From Octopus vulgaris (lineage: Eukaryota), in assembly GCA_951406725.2 (NCBI GenBank), contig OX597820.1, positions 1,116,001-1,180,000 of the forward strand: 64,000 bases of DNA, in the 5' to 3' direction. The position numbers were made by a program, and so were the translations under genes. Positions within the stretch are counted from its first letter, which is position 1; each line of letters opens with the position of its first letter. This document shows positions 38,285 through 50,969 of this stretch, one piece after another. The notes beneath the pieces are model-generated. The model saw only the letters and a list, made by a program, of their open reading frames with translations, made no database searches and was not told where the DNA came from.

Positions 38285-38385
38285 CTCAAATTCTTGTCTT
38301 CTGATTTTAAATTCACAGTCATAGACTTCTTCTTCAAGCTCTGCTGTTTTCGCATGGAGTTTCTTTACCAGATCTTGCAACTGTG
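38285..38385 (-). CDS. TnI: Troponin I coding exon (IT-arm coiled coil)
   Basis: ttttacag / GTACTC, phase 1/0; (A)QLQDLVKKLHAKTAELEEEVYDCEFKIRRQEFE. Confidence 0.95.
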
Positions 38386-41379
38386 CTGTAAAAAGATGTA
38401 GCAAAATTGGTAACAAGAGCGGAATCGGTGACTGGTGAAAACTTAGTCAGGTCTGGTTTACCTTACCGTTTTTTCTAATCTCTTTTTGGCTGATCCTGCT
38501 TCAGCAATGTTAAATATAATGAAATTTTTTCAAAAAAAAAACCTAGAACATGGATTCATATTTTTTTTGAAAATAACACTTTCAGAGTTGGAACTTAACA
38601 AATCTCTGGCATTTTATTTCTTAGTTAATAATATTCTTTAAATTTTGGAACAAATACAAGAAATTTAGTGGGGTGGGTTAATCAATTACCTTGGCCCCAG
38701 TGCTCAACTGGTACTTATTTAATTGACCCCACAAAGATGAACAGCAAAGTCACCCTTGATGGAATTTAAGCTCAGAGCCTAAAGAGCCAGAAGAATAGTG
38801 TTTAAGCATTTTATCTCAAAGATTTTTTGACTTAGATAATAATTTTGGTTTCAAATGTTTGGTACAAAGCCAGAAATTTCTGGGGTAAGTTGGTTACATC
38901 AATGCCAGTGCTTGACTGGTATTTATTTTATCAACCTCCAAAAGGATAAAAGGTAAAGTCAACCTCAGTGGGATTTGAACTCAGAACATAAAGATGAACG
39001 AAACACTGCTAAGCATTTTGTCCAGCATGCTAACGATTCTGCCAGCTCACTGCCCTATCTTAGGTAACAATATTAAAATGCAAAAGTTATATAATAATAA
39101 TTTTTAGGCCTAGTAATATCATCTGTAAGGTAAAACGTGTTTTTAGTATTCACATCTACATTACATTTCAACTGGTTTCATCTCCAAATCTTCAAGTGTC
39201 TTAATCCTGATTAAATATAGTATCAGGTAGGATTTGTACCAAGAAATATTACTTCTAAATAGGCAAGGTGTGCATGGGTGTGTGGTGAGAAGCTTGCTTC
39301 CCAACCACGTGGTGTTGGGTTCAGTCTTATTGTGTGGCCCCTTGGGCAAGTGTCTTCTATAATACACCCAAATCAACAAAAGCTTTGTGAGTGGATTGGG
39401 TTGATGGAAACTGAAAGTTTGTCATACATCATCATCATCTTTTAACGTCCATTTTCCATGTTGGCATGGGTTGGATGGTTCGACTAGGGTCTGGGAAGCC
39501 AGGAAGCTGCACCAGGCCCCAACCTGATCTGGCAGTGTTTCTACAGCTGGATGCCCTTCCTAATGCCAATCACTCCAAGGGTGCCAGAAGAGCTGGCACT
39601 GACCATGATTGGATGGTGCTTTTTACATGCCACTGGCACGGAAGCCAGTCAAGGTGGCACTGGCATTGGCCACGTTTGGATGGTGCTTTTTATGTGCTAC
39701 TGGTATGGGGGTCACAACTACAATTTCCATTTGATTTGATTTTGATGTACTTGACTCAATAGGTCTCCTTAAGCATGGCATGTCACCCTACAATCCAAGG
39801 TACTTTTGAATGTGCTGGGGCTGGTTATGTGACGCTGGTGTAGGTTACAGCTGTGAACTCACTTTATTTGCCAGGTCTTCTCAGTTACTGCATACCTCCA
39901 GAGGTCTCAGACTTTTGTCATTGCCTCTGTGAGGCCCAATGTATATATATATATATACACACACACAGACATATATGCATGTGTGTTCATGTGTGTATGT
40001 ACTTCTGTCTTGACATCACATGATGTCATCATTGTCATACAAATGATGTTGTTCGTTTCCAGTCTTCCATGCAAACATGTCTGGCTGTGGGGAAATACTA
40101 CCTTGATTTGAAACTGCTGAGGGTTGGTGACAGGAAGGGCATCCAGCTGTAGAAAATCTGCCTCAACAAATTCTGTCTGACCCATGCAAGCATGGAAAAG
40201 GGGACGTTAAATGATGATGATGGAATTTTAAAATGAGATTCCAAATCTACATGCATGAATGGCATTGAAGACAAGTGTGTCACTGTTCTTAGTTTCAAAA
40301 TGAAGGCTCCTAGTTCAAATCCGCTCTAGAACTGTCTATATATCAAAGAATAAGACACCTGATAATGCTGAGATGAAATTAATCAAAATATACGGTAGAT
40401 TAAAATATTGGTTTCTAACACAGATGAAAGGCCTCGAATCTGAAGAACAGTCTATCAGCATTAGCACGCGACTGCTACTGTATTCTATCAAACTCAGCAT
40501 GATAAAATGCAAAGAGAAGACCCAGTTGAGATTTGAACTTAGAACATAAACAATCATAACTAAATACTTAAAGACATTTTGTTTGATGTTCTACCATCGC
40601 TGCCAATCCCCTGTTTTAATGTAGATATAAATATAAGGTTAATAACCTCAAAAATTACATCCATTAATTTATAGCAAACAATATTTCATCTTGGAAGATA
40701 GTCAAATACAAACATTGTTATTTTCTGCTCAGTTTCAATAACTTGTTTCAATAAGAGAAGAAACATTTCCTTAAACACACACAGCTTTAGTCTGTGTTAT
40801 GATTCACTTACATTACAACTATAGAAATCTGTTTTCATTTTAGCTTTATTCATTACTGTGAATTTCATTATTTGGCACCACTTGAAGACCTTGCCATTTA
40901 AACTGGCCATCTCTGGCCCAAATATTCTATTTATTTTATGCTCAAACCATCCAGGTCCAGCCTCTCATACCTAACTTAAAATGTCGAAATCTCAAAGCTA
41001 TGAGATAATGAATAATTAATTCAAAACAATGTGAATAAATAGTCATTAGGCAGAGTAATTTGAATGCTAAATGTTTAAGATATTCTTTGAATCTTTTTAG
41101 AATGATGTAGCAATCTACCCTCCAAACACTGGACATTTCTTAAAATGGTTTCTTAACAACTTTTCTTTTGTTTTTATAATTAATTATTCTGTAAGCATTT
41201 TACTCAGTGTGATTAAATCGTTTTGAAGGGTGCATGTATGCACAGCAATAACTTGAGTTTTACACACATTTGCAAAGTGTAGAACCATCGGTGAATACTC
41301 AATGGTTTGTCTGGAGATAGTTACAAGCAATTAGTCATCAGACATGGCTGAAAAGTTTGGCCTGGGCCCTTTTTTTGCT

Positions 41380-41592
41380 TCATGCAGAAAGAATACCATA
41401 TACCCACTAAATGGTCAATGTAACAGAGAAACCTCTGTGCATAAGGTGGCAGTGGTATTGACAGACAGAGCAGGGTGGCACAAGTACGGAGACAAGTTGG
41501 TGCTAAAGAATGTATTTTCAAAACGATTGAAGAATCGGTCCTTTTTTAAAATCCAGGAGACACAATGCCACACATGCAAGATATATCTATAG
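41380..41592 (+). mobile_element. Decayed Penelope-like GIY-YIG endonuclease fragment
   Basis: SCRKNTIYPLNGQCNRETSVHK...YG...NVFSKRLKNRSF resembles the CxCR...CPLxGxC...VYK...YIG...FKxR pattern of Penelope-like elements. Confidence 0.6.
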
Positions 41593-42520
41593 CTATTGGA
41601 AGATAATTCTGTGCAATATATCAACGAGAGATTCATAGAAAACACAGACCTTACCTCAACTGCAAGAGGAGGTGCAGACTTTGTTCAGTAGAGAAAAAGA
41701 TATCATGAAAAATTCTCTTCACCCAAGAGCTTTGCTGAATGCTAAGAGTGAAATTTTCTCCCCTTATCCTCATGATCAGAAATATACTTTGACCAATTGT
41801 TCATTTCCATCCTCGCTTCACATGAGCTACTTTCATCTTAACAAGTTACATTTTCCCAACACCTATACATGTTTTGTTTTTTTAATAAAACCTCCATTTC
41901 ATTCTCAAGATTTATTTCTCTTCTTCCTCATCTTACTTCATTCACCTGCTCCAAAAATTAAGGTAAGCTGTCACCATTTATTTGCTGAAACGTAGGACAA
42001 TGGCTAAAAGAAACAATGCAAAGGATAGAACTCTGATATGGCAAACGGCCAGCAGATTTTATTTCACTGCATTATCTTTATTCCTGGATTTTAAGATTTT
42101 TTTGCAACATCTATCAAACATATCAACTAGATGTATTGTTTTCAGATCTCCAGCACAAAACGGCCCAAGCTATACATTTCAAATCAGCCAAGTCTGATGA
42201 CTGTTAAATAACCCTTCTACTCTAAAACAGTTTTTTTTTTTAACAGAAAACCATACAGTAACACAAATTGGCTGCTATGAAACTAAATTTCTGACTCTCT
42301 ATATATAAATATACAAATTATATTTTCGCAAGAAGAGTGGTGACATTAACTGCAAAGTTTCACCCTGCTACCCTACTTCAGACTATCCAAAGAAAGCAAG
42401 CACACTGACACTTTGAAGTCCCTGTCATCACACTTTTAGCAAATGTATTATAAATAATTGAGTAATTATTTCAGTTTGAAATGTATAATTGCTTTTGTTA
42501 TAACTTGACATAAAAACAAA

Positions 42521-42563
<43 letters not shown>

Positions 42564-43077
42564 GTATGTATGTATATATATGTATGTATGTATATAATAC
42601 ATTTAGGACTGTGGTGCATAAAGCTGAAAGAAAAATGTTTTATAATAGAGTTTTAAAAAAAATACCAAATAGATAAAATAACATTATTTAATCAAACAGA
42701 TCAAATAATTAAATTTGAAAAAAATCAAAGTTAATGTTGTTTTTTTAATGTTCAGAAAATGATAATCCTTTCATTGATTGGGATTAAAACAGGTAAAACT
42801 TTGATATTAATAAAAAAAAAAGGAACTTTAATTAAAATTTTATGATAGATATTAAATAAATCTTATGAAATACAAGTTAATAACAAAGAAAGTAAATAAG
42901 AATAATGTAAATAAATAAATAAACTAAAAGGATTTTCAAAAAAAAAATCCATTTACCTGTGAAGGATATAATTCTCAAATATTCATGTATGGTTAATTTA
43001 TGTGTACTTATGCTCAAATTATGCTTAAGCTCTTTCCAAATGCATGATATATATATATATATATATATATTTATAAA

Positions 43078-43482
43078 AAACGCCACTTTATAAGATAAAT
43101 TTTAATTTTCTTAGAAATTTTACATGTTTCGGTTCTTCTTGAAAAATGAACCTTATCAAAAATATTTTAAAAAGTTAAGTGCAATAAAAAAGTTCATAAT
43201 TGTTTCTTACTGGTCTCAACACAATCCACGTGGTTGTTTTTAGCTGTCTTATGTGTCCGAATGGTCAGTGGCTGAAATGGCAGTAGCAGCAGTGACCTAT
43301 TATGCTTACTCCCCACAAAACACCACCACGTGGATTCTGTTGAGACCAGTAAGAAACAATTATGAACTTTTTTATTACACTTAACTTTTTAAAATATTTT
43401 TGATAAGGTTCATTTTTTCAAGAAGAACCGAAACATGTAAAATTTCTAAGAAAATTGAAATTCATCTTATATAGTGGCATTT
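43078..43482. repeat. Long inverted repeat carrying degenerate hammerhead-like motifs in both arms
   Basis: Arms about 43078-43240 and 43317-43482 are near-identical reverse complements; flanked by (TA)n. Confidence 0.85.
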
Positions 43483-43695
43483 TCAAACTTCTTTTTATAA
43501 ATATATACCCACTCGGATACGATCTACACTTATTATAAATATATATATATATATATTGATAGAAGCAAGAAGAAGGAGTGAACAGGCTTTAATCACAAAT
43601 CACAACAATTATTTCTGTGCAATAGTAACAACTGTCAGTTGCTGAGTTTTCCTTATCATACTATTACATACATATGATCAGGTGTGCAGCTTTGA

Positions 43696-43744
<49 letters not shown>

Positions 43745-45195
43745 ATATATAAATATATACTCACACAGATATATATATATACATATATACACATACACAC
43801 ATATGTATGTGTGTATGAATGAGAATGTTTATACACATGTGTTGGTGAATTTAGTAAGCAGGTATAATTAGACATTACAGACTCTTTCAAATCACGTCTT
43901 CCATGTTCTGACTAGAATTTGTTATGAATCAAAGACAGAGTAAAGACAATATTGTAAAGTCAGTTTACCAAAGTCAGATGAATGGAGGCTGACACTTCGT
44001 TGAAGACTCTCTCCATGTCTTCAATAAATTCCTTGATCTATTTTATGGTAATTATATGATTACAGAAGTAAACTTGCACAGAAAGATATACAAACTGTGC
44101 TCTGCAGTTGGATAAATTGTAGCGGACGAAGTATTCGCTATGCCAGACTCTCAAATGATAGGATGGACGTTCTGTTGACTTGGATGTCATTAAGAAAATG
44201 GAAGTGTGGTCAAGGAAGACACTCCCGCAAAACAATGACCGGAATAATTTGAAAGAGCTGGACCTGCCCTGAGGTGAAACCCAGCATAAAGACAATACTA
44301 GACATTTTGTTGATGATGAATGGATTTCAAGAACAGCATATTAGAAAGAGCATTTTTTAGAGATAGCCATGGAGATGCTTTAGAAAGTCTTTTTTTTAAA
44401 ATTTATCTCTGACCCAAGATGGGATAGAATAACAAAAGTTGTCATCTATACATGCAGTTACATCTGAAAAACAAAAGACATTCAGGAGTGGAGAAAATGT
44501 TGGGGAAGTGGAATAAGAGAATAAAATTAGGAATGTGAAACTTTTAGAGGAAAACGAGTGGGGGAGAGAGAGGCGAATGGATAGAAAGAGAAAAAGACAA
44601 ATATATATGGAATGGGAAGGAGGGAGAGATTTTCACCAGGACATGCATCAATGATTTGGGTTCATTGTTGACATTAAAGAAAGGGGCAAGTTAAATAAAA
44701 TCAAGTCAAGGCAAAGCAAATACTGACAGGGCTAAGACTGGGCTCATTCTTAGCCATATTAGCCATATTAGCCATATTAGCTCCATCTTTCCATTTTTTA
44801 AGTTGTATTTTTTTTCTTTTGTTTAATGACACACAATGTAAAGAAAGTTTTGACCTGGATCAAGGAAGGAAAAAGATTAAATTTTTGTAAAGGGAAAAGA
44901 GATTTTATAAGAGTCTTTGAACAAGGACTGCATTCCAGGAGACCATGGGAAGAGAAAAAATAGATTAAATATAAAGACATGGGATTTGTTTAAAATAAAT
45001 ACAAAGACTGGAGATGGAAATGAAGGGAGGGAATTATAGCAAGATAAGGATTATAGAAAGAGGAGAAAAATAAACATTTCAATCCAGTTTGCTGAAAGTT
45101 TTTCTAAGTAAAAACACACACATGGTATGGCACCATCCTGCAGGGAAGAGGTATGCACATATCGGCATGCACAGCACACAGCAGGCAACGCCTAC

Positions 45196-45316
45196 CTTCA
45201 TTTAGACCCTCGGTAATCAATGGCTCAACCCTCTCGCAAATGAAGCGTTCTTTTTCTTCAGCTTTCCGTTTAGCTTCATTTTTCAAGTCTTCAGCGGCCT
45301 TTTGCATAATAAGTTT
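45196..45316 (-). CDS. TnI: Troponin I coding exon (TnC-anchoring helix)
   Basis: tttgtag / GTAGGC, phase 0/1; KLIMQKAAEDLKNEAKRKAEEKERFICERVEPLITEGLNE. Confidence 0.95.
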
Positions 45317-46305
45317 CTACAAACAGACATAGCAACAACGATCTTCATATGATGACAGAAAGAAAATCATGAGTTTGTAACAAAGGTCAAACATTGATCA
45401 AACAAAGAACAGCAATATTTGGAGAAGAAAAAAAACCAAGTAAACATTAATAACACGATTTCTGATAATAATAGAAATCTGAAATGATAACATGAAACCT
45501 GAAATTTGCAGAGGAGATTGTGATGTTCATTAATGACTTCCCTAGGGAAAAAGGATCAATGATGCGAAGGAATTGGTTCCATCTTAGATACAAAACCAAG
45601 TTTCAGCCTAACATTTACTGCAATTCATTGTTATAACATGAAGTCTTTAAATTATAAGAAATAACTAAAATTTCAAAACAATGGCCACACATTTAGAGCT
45701 ATAAAAAATATAAGATATACATTATTAATAGGGGAATTGAAATATTAACTCTTTCTTTGTTAAGCTTAATATTTTCCCTGTGTCACAGTCTCACCTCTTA
45801 TTGGACAATCTGATTACTACCTATGCAAGGTAACGCAGCTAACACCCATCCTGGTACTTAATTCAACTGGTCACATTTTTGCTAGTTTTATGTTGATTAG
45901 CCTTCACAGAAAAAGGATGCTTCATCTTTTACACATCAAAGGTAACTAAACAGGTGACCAATGACACCCTCCGGATTATCTCCCTCACTGCAGCGACCTG
46001 TTTTGGCATCAGCAGTTATGTCTCCAATATCTAATCAAGCTTTGTGAACCTCACCATTTGCTAAAACCTCCAACACCCTTTCTTCTTCTATACAATAAAG
46101 ACCTTGTTGTTACTGCTGACTACACAGATACGCTCGTTCAAACGACCCCCACCCCTTAATCTCCTGAAACTCTCTCAATATGCAGTCACTCACAATGCTC
46201 CATAATTGACCCTCGTAGTGGGCCTTCCATGTGGCATTCACATGAACTAGCCTTACATTAGAAACCAATGTTTTAAAATATCCCAATTATTTCTTTGAAA
46301 GGTTT

Positions 46306-46537
46306 TTAACCCTTCAGCATTTAAACCAGCCATATCCAGCCCAAAATATTCTACCTGTTTTATGTTCAAACTGGCCAGATCCAGCCTCTCACACCTACCC
46401 TACAATGTCATTCTAGAAATAAACATTCACATCATTGAAATCGCAAAACTATGAGATAATGCATTATTCCTGTCAAAACAATGGGAATAAATAAGCCTTA
46501 CATTTGGCAGAGGAGTGATCTGAATGTTGAAGGTTTA
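46306..46537. mobile_element. TTAA-CCCTT-terminated MITE (piggyBac-like ends)
   Basis: Starts TTAACCCTTCAGCATT and ends AATGTTGAAGGTTTA; homologous copy at about 40888-41078. A related TTAACCCTTTT family occurs at 2980-3199 and 37484-37667. Confidence 0.5.
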
Positions 46538-47229
46538 CATACATTAGTTTAATAAGAACCTTTAATAATGGGTAAATTAAAGGCTTGGACATTGGCTATA
46601 TAGGTGTAGATGTGGCTGTGGTAAGAAGTTTGTTTCTCAACAACATGGTTCCCTGTTCAATCCTACTGTGTGGTACCTTGGGCAAGTATCTTCAACAGCA
46701 GCCTTGAGCCAACCAAAGCCTTGTGAGTGGATTTGGTAGATGGAAACTGAAAGAAGCCTATCATATGTGTGTGTGTTAGAAACAAATAAAAGTCTTTCTC
46801 ACGCAAACACAATCAAATTATGTATTCAATGATCTCTCCAAGAGCTTGCAAAGAGAAGTGGACAAGAGCTTATCTCTCTAACTTACAGTCATTGGAATTC
46901 ATCATTAGAGAAGAGGTCTCTTACTAACAGAGAGTGGCAAGGCTGCAATGGTTATGAAGAAGGCTTCTAATTAATAGCACTTTGAAAACTCATTAGCCAC
47001 TGATTTTCATTGTTTACAGTAAATTAAACAAATATTATAATAAGTAACAAATAGCAATATCTAAGTGTACCACCATCACAAACAATAAAGCTAATGGTTT
47101 GTATTAGATTTAATGGCATAGAAGAGGATTGGTGAGACTTGTTTAATCTGAGCAGAAAATGATTTTAATGGAAAAACCAATACCACAAGCTAAACATTAA
47201 ATATTGAAAACAAAAATGTGCAATTAAAC

Positions 47230-47261
<32 letters not shown>

Positions 47262-49802
47262 ATCACATAAATATAATACAAATAATATATATAATATAAA
47301 CAATGTGTATAAATATGCATATATATATTTATATTTATGCATGTGTGTATATATACATATATGCATATATAAACACGCTTATATTATATATTTAATATTT
47401 ATGTTATATATGTGAGATTACATTGCATAATACAAAAATATTCAATGATACAATACTGAAAACAATATCAAATCTATATTACTAACTAGGAACTTGCCCA
47501 GTTGGAAGGGTGTTATGGTTTTTTTTTATGAGAATTAATGCTGGAAAATATATACAAAAATACATCAATATATATATCAAATATTATTAACAACAACAAC
47601 AATAGTAATAATAATAATAATTGTTATTATCATTATTGTTATAAAAAATATTAAGAATCAATGAATTTATGAAATGTTTGATTAAAAATTTAAAAAAGAT
47701 CAATAAAAGTAAACAAGAGGTAAAGTTGCTCTTTGTGACATGCAACATGCAGAAAATAAGGAATCTGTTGATATGATTTTTTGACACATTCTGCATACCA
47801 TGGCCACATAAAATATAAGAATATTGGTGAAGGAGCACCAGAGGGGTCAAAATGGGACCACATACAAGAATAAAAAAAAAATTTTTGTTAAATGCCAGAG
47901 GTTTGTTTTAAGTTTTTACAATAATAATGGTACCGCCATCATCATCATCATCCTTGTCATCAGAATAATTAAATGTAGCAAGAGGGTAAACAAAAGTGGT
48001 GAAGTTGTTACAATTCAAAAAAGGGAGCCAATTATAATTACCCTTCCACTCGACCCACCCCAGTTTTGGTGCAATCCTGTTTCGGAGTTCAGTCCTAGGT
48101 GCAGTCAACTTTGCTTTTCGCTTACCAAAGGTGACAAAATATGCACCAATATTACTCTTTTGCCTGTTTCAGTCATGTGACTGTGGCTATGCTGGAGCAC
48201 CACCTTTAGTTGAGCATAATTAGGAATTCTTTGGAGGAGTCAATAAAATAAATGCCACTAATGCACAGAAATTGGTTCAATACATAACATCAAATAGCCT
48301 CCTCAAATATTATTATTATTTTTATTATTATTATTACTATTATTAAGGCAATGAGGTGGCAGAATTGTTAGCATGTTGGACAAAACATTCAGCAGCATTT
48401 ACTTTGGATCTTTACATTCTGAGTTCAAATTCCACCGCAGTCAACTTTGCCTTTCACCCTCTCAGGGTGGATATAATCAACTTGCTCCCTCCCCTAAAAC
48501 TGCTGGACTTGCACCAGAATTTGAAATTATTATTATTATTATTATTATCATTGTTGTTGTTATAATCATCATACGATGATGGGTTTGATACAAGTTTTTA
48601 CTATCTAAAAATGGTTTTCATTCGATATTGAAACCATGTTGGAAATTTCTACCACCATCAACACAAGAACAACAAATCGAATGAATTCTTGTAGGAGAAT
48701 TTTGAGAGAATTGGTAATTTGTTGTATCCATAACTCTTTGCAGGGTATGTTATGCAAGTGAGGTTAAGTAATTGAAACCACAAAACAAAAATTAGTCATG
48801 GATCCAGTTGACCAAGAACATCTTAGACATCACCTTGTTCAGTTACAAAAACGATGAGGATGGTAAGGGTGATGAGATCTCGAATAATTGAACAGGTATG
48901 AGAAGCTTAAGCAATCAGAGGTGAGTAAAGCTTTGCTTATAAGGACAACAAAGGGGTTTTATAATGAGGGACTGGAACGATTATCTCAATGCAAATGTCT
49001 TATTTGGCTGGCTTTTCTGCCTTTAAACATCAGTTCTTCTTGTTTTCCAATGCTTCCATAGTTGCTCTGTTTATAATACTAATACTACTTATTACTACTA
49101 CAACTACTACTACTAATAATAATAATAATGATAATGACAGTGGTTTCAAATTTTGGCACAAAGCAAGTAATTTTAGTAGAAGGAGGCAAGTCATTGACCT
49201 CACTTTGTACTTATTCACATTGACCTCAGTGCTCAACTTGTACTTATTGACCCTGAAATAATGGAAGTCAAATTCAACTTTGTGTAGAAATGCCACTAAG
49301 CATTCTGTCCCAACACACTAACAATTCTTCCGGCTCACCACCACCATAATAATAATAACAATAACAATAACGATGTTGGTGATAGTTTCTTAAATAAACT
49401 TAAACTGTTATCTTTCAATATTTTGAGATATATTATGGTTGAGTAGAATAGGAAATTCTGATAATTATTAAATTTCTAAGATTATTAGTAATGGAGCTAA
49501 AGTAGTTGACATTGTGTATAGAATTTGGATTACAAACTCAGTCTTACTGAGAAGTTTCCTGCATATTCAAGTGCCTCCCACAACAACAATAATAATGATG
49601 ATAATGATGAAGATTATGATGGTGCGAAATATCAATAATAAAACTATTTGCATTAAGAAATTTGAGGTTCGTCAATAGTTTGTTGTAACTCATTTGATTT
49701 AGAATTACCTTCATAAAAATTAATTTTATTTATACATTTATGGAATCATACATGTCGATCAGAACCAATAGAATTTGGTATTCAGTTTTGAGATCACAGT
49801 AC

Positions 49803-49959
49803 CTTTACTTAGCTCTTCAAGTTTGTCAGGTAAAAGAACTATACGTTGTGAAAGTATTAGTTTCTTCGTTGCTTCCTCATCAGTGTCATCTAAGTCTACC
49901 TGACTGACATCAGTTAATTTTGTGATTTTCTCTCCCGCAGCACAGGCTTCATGAGAAGG
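49803..49959 (-). CDS. TnI: Candidate mutually exclusive alternative troponin I exon
   Basis: tttgtcttctgtttgtaatag acceptor, AAG/GTACTG donor, open in phase 0/1 like exon 45196-45316; PSHEACAAGEKITKLTDVSQVDLDDTDEEATKKLILSQRIVLLPDKLEELSK. Confidence 0.62.
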
Positions 49960-50663
49960 CTATTACAAACAGAAGACAAACACTCATGCACCAGTGAAAC
50001 TAAAGCAGCAAGCAGGAAACGGATCGATTATGCAAGACATGAAATGATACAAATGGCAGAAGACAAGACAATACAGCGGGAAGACAAACAAAAATTTTGT
50101 ACCTTTTGGTCATTAAAATTATTATTTGCAATTGATGAGGGTTAAAAATGAATCTGAATGAAGTATAAACGATGGGAAAGCCACTTCAGGAAAAGGAAAA
50201 TTTCAGGACACGCAAAAACATTTGTTATTGAATGTGGGGGAAGAAGAACACAGATAGCAAATGTAATTAACATCCAACACACAAACAGAACAGGGAATGC
50301 AGTGATAGACAATACATATTTATGAATAAACAGCCCAAAATGTATTAAGCAATCATTAATTCTACTTTTTTAAAAAAAATATTTTTGTGTGTTGAAAGTG
50401 GTTGTAATAGAGAAGAGTGTAAGCTTCCAGTAACTTGAGTCAAGTGAGTCTTGTCTGCAATCCAGTTTCTATTCTCAATTGCAAACTCCACTTTATTTAA
50501 ATCTAACCAACTGCAGAGAAACAACATAAACATCATACAGTTTCGTTTTCCACTTTTACCCCATAAATCTGAAGTCTTGTTCCTGGGGGAAAAAATATCA
50601 GTTTTATATTACTGTGGTAAGCAACCCAATAAATCCCCCCAGGAAAGACACATATCATGTAAC

Positions 50664-50969
50664 AGTTCTATATTTAAGAGATGGGAAATTATTTACATCA
50701 TTTACATTATTTACATTTAACAGATATTTGTCCTCATCTTGTTTGTTGTTAACACAACATTTCAGCAGATATACCCTGCAGCCTTCATCAGGTGTCTTGG
50801 TAATAATAATAATAACAACATCGAAAAATAGCTTAGGAATAAGAACCCAGGTTCGAAGTTTCCCCAAGACACCTGATGAAGGCTGGAGGGTATATCAGCC
50901 GAAACATTGCGTTAATAACAAACAAGATGAGGACAAATATCTGTCAAATGTAAATAAGGTAAATAGTGT
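50664..50969. mobile_element. Second copy of the palindromic hammerhead-pair element (opposite orientation)
   Basis: Same arm sequence as 21143-21559; direct repeat ACATATCATGTAAC at 50650-50663 and 50970-50983. Confidence 0.8.
50868..50913 (+). ncRNA. Minimal type I hammerhead ribozyme motif
   Basis: GACAC-CTGATGA-A-GGCTG(loop)CAGCC-GAAA-CAT-T-GCGTT: intact core boxes, stem II, and stem I with one mismatch. Confidence 0.65.

Noticed and set aside
41655-41659. Possible 5-nt microexon on - (ttgcag TTGAG gtaagg) in a TnI intron
   Set aside because: It would shift the frame in a phase 1/1 intron, lies next to a transposon relic, and has no other support.
48600-49066. Weak acceptor and short frames on - downstream of the candidate alternative exon
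   Set aside because: All frames stop quickly; more likely an old retroelement remnant that I cannot classify.
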